A stretch of DNA of 64,000 bases. Source: Klebsiella pneumoniae (lineage in GTDB: Bacteria > Myxococcota_A > UBA796 > SXON01). The stretch lies in the NCBI GenBank assembly GCA_945861635.1, contig CAMAWH010000002.1:54349-118348 (forward strand). Direction: 5' to 3'. Made by a program: the position numbers and the translations under genes. This document shows positions 57,650 through 64,000 of this stretch, piece by piece. Position 1 is the stretch's first letter; each line of letters opens with the position of its first letter. The notes under the pieces were generated by a model. It did not search any database. It saw only the letters and a program-made list of their open reading frames with translations, and was not told where the DNA came from.

Positions 57650-58390
57650 ATGTCGTCACTTTTCATTCTGCTCCACGACGCCATCGACCACGCCGTCCGC
57701 AAGGCGATCTTCGAGCAGACGGATGCGAAAGCGTTTGCTCTCTCCTCCTACGCAGACGCTGAGGGCTCGGGAGAGGGGCAGGTGTTCACGCAGGCCCTCC
57801 GCCGCGTCAAGGACACCCGCTTGCTCCGGCTCATCCATCAGCACCAGGTAGACGAGCTCCGCCACGCGTTCCTGCTCACGTCTCGCCGGCAGGCGCTCGG
57901 GCTCACCGAGCACGTCATTCCCGAAAAGCTGAAGATGATCGACCGACTCTCCGATGCAGCGGGCGGAATTCTCCGCGCAGAAATGACGACGGATGCCGAC
58001 GTCGCGGCTGCGTATACGCTGCTGTACGTCGTCGAGGAACGCGCCATGGACGAGTTCCGGCGCGCGGCCGACTCCCTCCGCGCAGCGGGCGACGAGGAAA
58101 CAGCACTCCTGTTCGAGCAGATCGGGCGCGACGAGGCCCGCCACCTCCGCTATTGCGACGCCGTCGCCCGAAAATACAGCGCCGACTTCGATGGCGAACT
58201 CGCGCGCATGCGGACGATCGAGCGCGCAGTGTACGGCGCTCAGGCGCGTGATTGGACGTGGCACCTGCTCTCGAACAAGCTCCTCACGCTGCCACGATTC
58301 CTCGACGCCGTGCTGCGCGGAATGCTGCGGATCACCGAGCGATTCGCCATTCCCGCGGTCGCGCCTACCTACCATCTTTCGGCAGCATGA
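57650..58390 (+). CDS. ferritin-like di-iron carboxylate protein
   Basis: Two E...ExxH pairs: ADAEGSGE / VDELRH and VVEERAMDE / RDEARH. AAGAGG ribosome-binding site. Confidence 0.6.
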   Translation: MSSLFILLHDAIDHAVRKAIFEQTDAKAFALSSYADAEGSGEGQVFTQALRRVKDTRLLRLIHQHQVDELRHAFLLTSRRQALGLTEHVIPEKLKMIDRLSDAAGGILRAEMTTDADVAAAYTLLYVVEERAMDEFRRAADSLRAAGDEETALLFEQIGRDEARHLRYCDAVARKYSADFDGELARMRTIERAVYGAQARDWTWHLLSNKLLTLPRFLDAVLRGMLRITERFAIPAVAPTYHLSAA

Positions 58391-58513
58391 AGCCGGGTTG
58401 GGTTGGGCGTCCGCGGGACACGCCGGTCTACCGTCACCGACGACGGGCGCCGCACCGACGGTCGCAACGCGGTGGCGCCGCTCCGAGTTACGCGCCTTCA
58501 TGGAGGCCCGACC

Positions 58514-59059
58514 ATGGGACTGCTACGTACCCTGGCCCGACGCGTCGTGAACAAGGTTTCCGGGCGGGAAGATGTTGAGCCTGCGCGGGCGGCGGCACCG
58601 CGTCCGCCCGGCCCCCCGCGCCCTCCCGCCAGCATGGCGCCGATTCCGAAGGCGGTCGTGGCCGCATCCGCCACAATCGCGCGCTCTACCACCACGACAG
58701 GTACAGTGGATTCTCCGGTTGCCGATGGAGAGGCCCTTGCGACGCTGGAAGCGGGCGCGCAGGAAGTCAAGGAGCGCATCGACGCCGGCGAACCCGTCGT
58801 CCTTCTCGACGTGCGGGAACCCCACGAAACGGCCGGCGGCATCATCCCGGGGGCCAGGATCATCCCCCTCGGGCAGTTGCAGGCGCGCTGGGAAGAGCTG
58901 AAGGACTGCAACGAGGTCGTGTGCTACTGCGCAATCGGTGCCCGGAGCTACGCTGCGGCCGGTTTCCTGCGCGAAAAAGGATTGTTCAACGCCACCAGTA
59001 TGGACGGCGGCATCTCCGCGTGGATGGACCTCGGCGGAAAAGTCGCACCGCCTCCATGA
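58514..59059 (+). CDS. rhodanese-domain protein with Pro-rich N-terminal extension
   Basis: VVLLDVREPHE ... CYCAIGARS active-site loop. GGAGG sits 8 nt upstream of the ATG. Confidence 0.8.
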   Translation: MGLLRTLARRVVNKVSGREDVEPARAAAPRPPGPPRPPASMAPIPKAVVAASATIARSTTTTGTVDSPVADGEALATLEAGAQEVKERIDAGEPVVLLDVREPHETAGGIIPGARIIPLGQLQARWEELKDCNEVVCYCAIGARSYAAAGFLREKGLFNATSMDGGISAWMDLGGKVAPPP

Positions 59060-59736
59060 TCGTCGTCGGGCTCGGCAGAATCGGCTCGACGTTTCTTCGT
59101 GCCGATCCGAGCGCGGTCGGCGTTCGCCGCGGGGCGGCGATTCCCGACGTCCCCGGGCCCATCGTCGTGTGTACGCGCAACGATGACCTTGCGACGCTGC
59201 TGCCCACGCTCCCCCGCCCTCAGGACCACGTGTTGATTCAAAATGGCGCGCTTCCGATGGACACGCCGACCCGCGGACTCCTGTACTTTGCCGTGCGGGA
59301 AGTCGGCGGGAAGGTGGAGGCCGGGGTCGACTCGATCTTTACTGGGCGGCACGCCCCGGCCCTCATCGCCGCCCTTGCGACGATTTCCGTGCCCGCCGTG
59401 GCGGTGGACCGGGTGCAGTTCCAGATGGAGTGGGCCGTGAAATTGGCCTGGATCGCTGTTTTCGGCCTGCTGGGCGACACGTTCGACGAATCGGTGGGGC
59501 GCTCCCTCGCTCGCGGCGATGTGCGCCGGCTTTGCGACGAGTTGGCCGGTGTTCTCGACGTCCCCTCCCCCACGCTATTTCATCGCTTGGTCGCCTATAG
59601 TTCTACCATCCCAAGCTATCGCGCCTCGATAAAGGAACCCGTATACCGAAACGGCTGGCTCCTCGCCGAAGCACGCCGTCGCCTGCACGCTACGCCACTC
59701 CACGAATCGCTCTGCCACGCGCGCGGGGTATACTGA
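59056..59736 (+). CDS. ketopantoate-reductase (ApbA/PanE)-like NAD(P)-binding protein
   Basis: MIVVGLGRIGS Rossmann start. The stretch MEWAVKLAWIAVFGLLGD is KPR-like. ATG overlaps the upstream stop (ATGA). Confidence 0.45.
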   Translation: MIVVGLGRIGSTFLRADPSAVGVRRGAAIPDVPGPIVVCTRNDDLATLLPTLPRPQDHVLIQNGALPMDTPTRGLLYFAVREVGGKVEAGVDSIFTGRHAPALIAALATISVPAVAVDRVQFQMEWAVKLAWIAVFGLLGDTFDESVGRSLARGDVRRLCDELAGVLDVPSPTLFHRLVAYSSTIPSYRASIKEPVYRNGWLLAEARRRLHATPLHESLCHARGVY

Positions 59737-59740
59737 CGTC

Positions 59741-61300
59741 GTGCGGCCCACCCGCGAACGCCTTTTGCGCAAGGGCGACTACGTCCATGGCTCCTTCGTC
59801 AAGCCGGAGTCGGTGGACGGCTATATCAACGCCGTGAACCCCGGAGATCGTTCGGACGTGCTCGGGCGTTTCCCGTTTTCCGTGCGCAACGTCGATGAGG
59901 CCGTGGAGTCTGCTGCCATCGGGGCCCGCGCGTGGCGCCGCGTCGGATTGATGGAGCGGGCGGCCGCCGTTCGCCGCTTCCGTGAACAGTTCGGGCGCCA
60001 TCAGGACGACGCTGCGCACCTGTTGACCCGGGAGACGGGCAAACCGTTGTGGGAAGCCCGGCAGGAAGCCACCGCCGCGATCCGCTCCGTGGACCTTTTT
60101 CTCGATGATGGCCTTGGCCTCATCGCCCCGCGCGTGATCGAGGAGATCGGCGGCCGCGCCGACTACGTTCCACGCGGCGTTGTCGGGGTGGTGAACCCCT
60201 ATGTGATGCCGCTATTGCAGGCCGTCCAGACGACGGTGGCGGCGGTGATGGGCGGAAATGCCGTCGTCATGAAGCCCTCGAAATTCACGCCGGCCGTGGG
60301 CCAGCACGTCGCCGAAATGTGGGACCGCTGCAAGCTCCCGCGCGGCGTAGTGAACATGGTTCATGGCTCGGGGAGCGTCGTGGGGCAGAAGCTCGTCGCC
60401 CACCACGGTCTTGACGCGCTCGTGTTTGCTGGCGGGTACGACACGGCCCGCGACATCCGCCGCGCGCTCATCGACCGCCCGGAGGCGCCGGTCCTTCTGC
60501 AATGCGGCGGCAAGGGCATCGCCATTGTGCTCGACGACGCGGAGATCGACCGCGCCGTGTACGAAGTGCTCGTCGGCGCGTGCCTGTCCACCGGCCAACG
60601 TCCCAACACGACGGCTCGCGTCATCGTAACGGCCAAGATCTACGAAAAATTCGCGGGGGAGTTGGTTCGCCGCGCCCAGCGCATCACGGTTGGCTACGGC
60701 CTGACGCCGGACACCTTCATGGGGCCGCTGATCTCGGAAAATGCACGACTGCGCTTCCGAAAATATTGCCGGGCTGTGGTAAGCAAAGGCCATTCTCCGC
60801 TCCTCGAAGGCGATGCGGTGGACGTTCCAAACTACCGCGGAAACTATGTCCGACCGGGCATTTACCGCGTGCACTGGGAGAACGGGCTGGCCTTTCTCAA
60901 CGACGAGCCGCCCGGTCCAATTCTGCTCGTCTATCGCGTGAAGGATGTAGAAGAGGCGGTCAACGTACATAATCGTGCCATGTACCGTCCGGTGACCAGC
61001 GTGTTCACGCGTTTGGAGAGCCCCGCCCTGGTTGAACTCCGCGACACGCTCCGCACCGGCGCCATCAACGTGAACCGCGCCACGGTCGGCGCGTCCATGC
61101 GCCTTCCCAGCGTGGCGCAGGGCCGTTCGGCCAACGGACTCGCCGGCGGCATGGAGTTGATGCGCATGATGACCTACCCGCGCGCAAGCCTCGTTGAAAC
61201 TCGCGCCTTTGACTCTTCACAACTCGTGCCCGGGGTGAGTTGGCACGACGAGGAGACAAGTGAGGAGCCGGAATCCGTGATGGAGTTGGCGGTCGAGTAG
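59741..61300 (+). CDS. AstD-like aldehyde dehydrogenase superfamily protein lacking the catalytic Asn/Glu/Cys
   Basis: TRETGKPLWEARQEA and KPSKFTP match AstD. PYVMP replaces PYNFP, LLQCGGKG replaces LALEMGGNN, and GQRPNTTAR replaces GQRCTCARR. Confidence 0.8.
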   Translation: MRPTRERLLRKGDYVHGSFVKPESVDGYINAVNPGDRSDVLGRFPFSVRNVDEAVESAAIGARAWRRVGLMERAAAVRRFREQFGRHQDDAAHLLTRETGKPLWEARQEATAAIRSVDLFLDDGLGLIAPRVIEEIGGRADYVPRGVVGVVNPYVMPLLQAVQTTVAAVMGGNAVVMKPSKFTPAVGQHVAEMWDRCKLPRGVVNMVHGSGSVVGQKLVAHHGLDALVFAGGYDTARDIRRALIDRPEAPVLLQCGGKGIAIVLDDAEIDRAVYEVLVGACLSTGQRPNTTARVIVTAKIYEKFAGELVRRAQRITVGYGLTPDTFMGPLISENARLRFRKYCRAVVSKGHSPLLEGDAVDVPNYRGNYVRPGIYRVHWENGLAFLNDEPPGPILLVYRVKDVEEAVNVHNRAMYRPVTSVFTRLESPALVELRDTLRTGAINVNRATVGASMRLPSVAQGRSANGLAGGMELMRMMTYPRASLVETRAFDSSQLVPGVSWHDEETSEEPESVMELAVE

Positions 61301-61325
61301 TCGGCGCGCCGGTTATGCCGTGCGC

Positions 61326-62234
61326 ATGAGCGAAATCATCGTCGCGAACGTACACATGGACCTCGGTGCCGGCCGCCGCGGCGTCGACATGGGCCCGAGC
61401 GCCATCCACCTCGCGGGCCTGAAAGCGGGCATCGAATCCCTCGGCCATACCGTGACCGAAACGTTTGCGCTCGGCGTGCGCACGCAGGAGATGCTCGACG
61501 CCGGCGACCCGCGCATGCGGTTCCTACCGGAGATCGTCGAGGTCACGAAAAAACTGGCAGACCGCGTGGAGGCTGGCCTCGAAGCCGGGAAGTTTCCCGT
61601 TGTGCTCGGCGGGGACCACTCGGTGGCGATTGGTACGATTTCGGGCATTTCCCGATACTGGAAAAAACGCGGCAAGCGGATCGGCGTGATTTGGGTGGAT
61701 GCCCATACCGACATGAACACGCCGGAGTCGTCGCCAAGCGGCAACATCCACGGCATGCCACTTGCCGTTCTTCTCGGGCACGGTCCGAAGGAATTGGTCG
61801 ATATCGCCGGCGCCGGCCCGGCGCTCGACGCGCGCCACGTTTGCGTGATCGGCGCGCGCGATGTCGACGGCCTGGAGCGAAAAATGGTCAAGGAAACCGG
61901 CGTTCGGGTCTACACCATGAGCGAATTGGACGAGCGAGGAACGGCCGTTTGCGTAAAGGAAGCCATCGAGCGCGCCAAAGACGGCACCGCGGGCATTCAC
62001 CTGTCGTTCGACCTCGACGGTGTCGACCCCCAGCATGCGCCCGGCGTCGGCACGGCCGTACCGGGCGGACTCAATCTGCGGGAGTCGCACCTCATCTGTG
62101 AGAAAGTGGCGGCCACCGGGAAAATATTGGGCGTGGAAATGGTCGAACTGAATCCCGTCATCGATAGTGAAAATCGCACGGGAAAGCTGGCCGTTTGGTT
62201 GATCTTGTCGGCCCTCGGTAAAACGATTTTGTGA
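61326..62234 (+). CDS. rocF: arginase
   Basis: GGDHSVAIGT, VDAHTDMNT, SFDLDGVDP and GVEMVELNP Mn-binding motifs. Alternative GTG start at 61320. Confidence 0.9.
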   Translation: MSEIIVANVHMDLGAGRRGVDMGPSAIHLAGLKAGIESLGHTVTETFALGVRTQEMLDAGDPRMRFLPEIVEVTKKLADRVEAGLEAGKFPVVLGGDHSVAIGTISGISRYWKKRGKRIGVIWVDAHTDMNTPESSPSGNIHGMPLAVLLGHGPKELVDIAGAGPALDARHVCVIGARDVDGLERKMVKETGVRVYTMSELDERGTAVCVKEAIERAKDGTAGIHLSFDLDGVDPQHAPGVGTAVPGGLNLRESHLICEKVAATGKILGVEMVELNPVIDSENRTGKLAVWLILSALGKTIL

Positions 62235-62272
62235 GCCTCACGGCTTCCCGGCCGGCCGCGAGCCCACTCAGA

Positions 62273-63052
62273 CTACGAACTAGCGCTCGTGTAATGCCGG
62301 ATGGCATAGCGCCACGCGATTCGTGACCCGGTCAGCATGCCGACGGCGACCCCGACGGCTTGGGATGCGAGCCCGACATCCAGCCGTCCGAGCAAAGCCA
62401 TTGCCGGGAAGCTCGTCACGAGCGCAACGGGGATCACCGCCGTCAACAAAACCCGCGCCCAACCCGTGTAGACCGTTACCGGCCACCGCCCGGCGTCCGT
62501 GATCGCGCTGAGCAGGTACCGGAGATTGTCGACGCGGACGAACCAGAACGACAAGCACACAACGAACAGCCACAGGCCGTACACGGCCATGAGTCCGGCG
62601 ATCAGCATGACGATGGCCGCCGCGATCGCGCTGGGCGTCGGCGGCGGTACCTGCGATAATGCCCATCCGCCGACGATAATTCCGGCAAGTACCTCCCAGA
62701 TCGCGGCGGGCGCCACCTTGCGGAAGCTCATGACCAACTGCGCATCCCGCGGCTTCACCAACAAATAGTCAAGCGCGCCCGTGCGGACGCCGTCCACAAC
62801 CGCGCCCAAATTGGGCTCAATCAGGCCCGCTACGAGCCCCGAAAAGCAAAGAAAGAACGCGGTGACCAGCATCGCTTCCGGAAAAGACCATCCCGCCACC
62901 GTCGGCACCTGGGCATAGACGAAAAACAGCGGCGCACACACCCCGATGGCGTTCGCACTGCCGAACAAGAACTCCAGCCAGAACGAGGCCCGGTACTGGA
63001 ACGCCGTCTGGAGGGCCACCCTCGCCAATGCGGGAAGGAGGAAGCTACGCAC
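62273..63052 (-). CDS. ABC-2 family transporter permease
   Basis: Six-TM hydrophobic protein, paralogous in style to the upstream gene, with an 8-nt overlap. Confidence 0.65.
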   Translation of the reverse strand: MRSFLLPALARVALQTAFQYRASFWLEFLFGSANAIGVCAPLFFVYAQVPTVAGWSFPEAMLVTAFFLCFSGLVAGLIEPNLGAVVDGVRTGALDYLLVKPRDAQLVMSFRKVAPAAIWEVLAGIIVGGWALSQVPPPTPSAIAAAIVMLIAGLMAVYGLWLFVVCLSFWFVRVDNLRYLLSAITDAGRWPVTVYTGWARVLLTAVIPVALVTSFPAMALLGRLDVGLASQAVGVAVGMLTGSRIAWRYAIRHYTSASS

Positions 63053-63836
63053 CCACTGCCCCGTACCGCCGGATGCCCGCTCGCCACGTGGCTACCGCGA
63101 CCGCAAGCAGCGCGAGCACCCATGCAGCTTGCGACGCGATGGCCGGAAGCGGCTCCGCTATCCCCATCGCGATGTCGATGGGTGCACCCAACGTTGCGTA
63201 GAAGGGAAGCAGCCGCGCCACGTCGGTCAGCCACGCCGGCATCATCGGTAAAGGAACGACGTACCCGCTCAGCACCGACCAGACGACGAAGTACGCCTGA
63301 AAGAAGCCCATCGACTGCTCAAACCAGAACGCAAGCATCCCGAACAGCGCTTGAATGGTCCAACTGGCGATGAACGCCAGAATCACCGAGAGCACAAACG
63401 AGCACGCGACCCCAAATCCGGGCCAAAACGCCACCTCCGGCCGCCAGCGCCACAACCCGAACAGAATTGGTGCCAACACCGCAATCCGAAAGGGCATGGC
63501 AGCGGCCGTCTCCGCAAGGTTCCAGACCAACGGGTTGAGCGGTCGCAGCAACTTGGCCGAGAGTTCGCCTTGCCGAATAGTGTAGTTGAGCTCCCACACG
63601 ATCCAACTGCCAGTGAGTTGCCGCACAATCAGCGTGACCGCGAAATACCGAGAGAAATCGCCTTGCGATAACCCAGCCAGCGGTCCCGCCGCCGACGCCG
63701 CGTTCCAAAGCGCCAGCATGACCATCGGCAACGTCGCGGACAGCACCCAGATCACCATCTCCGCACGGTACGCAACCATTCCCGCCATCGCGATGCGGAA
63801 CACCGCGGGCCACGCGCGCCACAACCGGCCCATCAT
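63045..63836 (-). CDS. ABC-2 family transporter permease
   Basis: Six-TM protein. ATG overlaps the stop of the upstream ATPase fragment (ATGA). Confidence 0.65.
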   Translation of the reverse strand: MMGRLWRAWPAVFRIAMAGMVAYRAEMVIWVLSATLPMVMLALWNAASAAGPLAGLSQGDFSRYFAVTLIVRQLTGSWIVWELNYTIRQGELSAKLLRPLNPLVWNLAETAAAMPFRIAVLAPILFGLWRWRPEVAFWPGFGVACSFVLSVILAFIASWTIQALFGMLAFWFEQSMGFFQAYFVVWSVLSGYVVPLPMMPAWLTDVARLLPFYATLGAPIDIAMGIAEPLPAIASQAAWVLALLAVAVATWRAGIRRYGAVGA

Positions 63837-64000
63837 GTTTCGCCTCGAAATACACGCCCGATGACCTCTTCGAGCGGCGGCACCTCCACACCCAACTCGA
63901 CCAACGGGAAGCGCGCCAGGACGCGGCTGACGAGCGCATTCACCGCCTCCGCGGGAACGGTGGCGACCATCCGCCCATCGCCATCCGCCGTGAAGCCCAT
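63833..64000 (-). CDS. ABC transporter ATP-binding protein, C-terminal fragment (start outside window)
   Basis: My own translation of the minus strand gives ...GFTADGDGRMVATVPAEAVNALVSRVLARFPLVELGVEVPPLEEVIGRVFRGET*. This is a typical C-terminal tail of ABC-2-type ATPases. Confidence 0.5.
   Translation of the reverse strand: MGFTADGDGRMVATVPAEAVNALVSRVLARFPLVELGVEVPPLEEVIGRVFRGET

Noticed and set aside
1-64000. Search for rRNA, tRNA, tmRNA, CRISPR arrays, integrases, transposases, phage genes and known defence-system proteins.
   Set aside because: None was recognised by eye. The intergenic gaps are short apart from those discussed, and no DDE, tyrosine-recombinase or nuclease-helicase signatures appear in any ORF. 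A tRNAscan, Infernal or DefenseFinder run would be needed to exclude them formally.

Overview
High-GC (about 63-66%) chromosomal segment from a Gram-negative bacterium. The Lpt/Kds genes, rpoN, many D-rich lipoproteins and MopE-like plus lamin-tail-domain (LTD) repeat proteins fit Myxococcota; this taxonomic call is inference only. I support about 70 protein-coding genes. I recognised no rRNA, tRNA, CRISPR array, transposase or integrase. Housekeeping blocks: ndk-sucD-sucC-icd, citrate synthase, tesB, sdhCAB, metK, a translationally coupled kdsB-pyrG-lptA-lptB-rpoN-hpf chain, pssA-lysC, truD. Accessory content, left to right: (1) a vapBC toxin-antitoxin pair. (2) A PhyH dioxygenase / membrane protein / TetR chain followed by a 7-blade FG-GAP lipoprotein and a signal-peptidase-I homologue with both catalytic residues substituted. 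(3) PPK2 plus an internally duplicated membrane protein. (4) A two-component system with a coupled secreted partner. (5) A fatty-acid-hydroxylase / flippase-like / lipoprotein / CotH module. (6) An ABC-F / membrane protein / HTTM tricistron. (7) A 10-kb block of exported lipoproteins including two tandem MopE-repeat+LTD paralogues and a PHP metallohydrolase. (8) A TetR-headed cluster (di-iron protein, rhodanese, KPR-like, AstD-like dehydrogenase lacking its catalytic triad, arginase). (9) An ABC-2 exporter. No recognisable phage-defence or mobile system is present. Items most worth follow-up: a 28-nt near-identical palindromic element upstream of two unrelated operons; an in-frame TGA with an fdhF-like hairpin in a small ORF; ultra-short uncharged lipoprotein signal peptides; several apparently leaderless starts; two pseudoenzymes; and the HTTM and CotH modules. 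All functional calls come from motif recognition by eye on the supplied translations. No database search was run.
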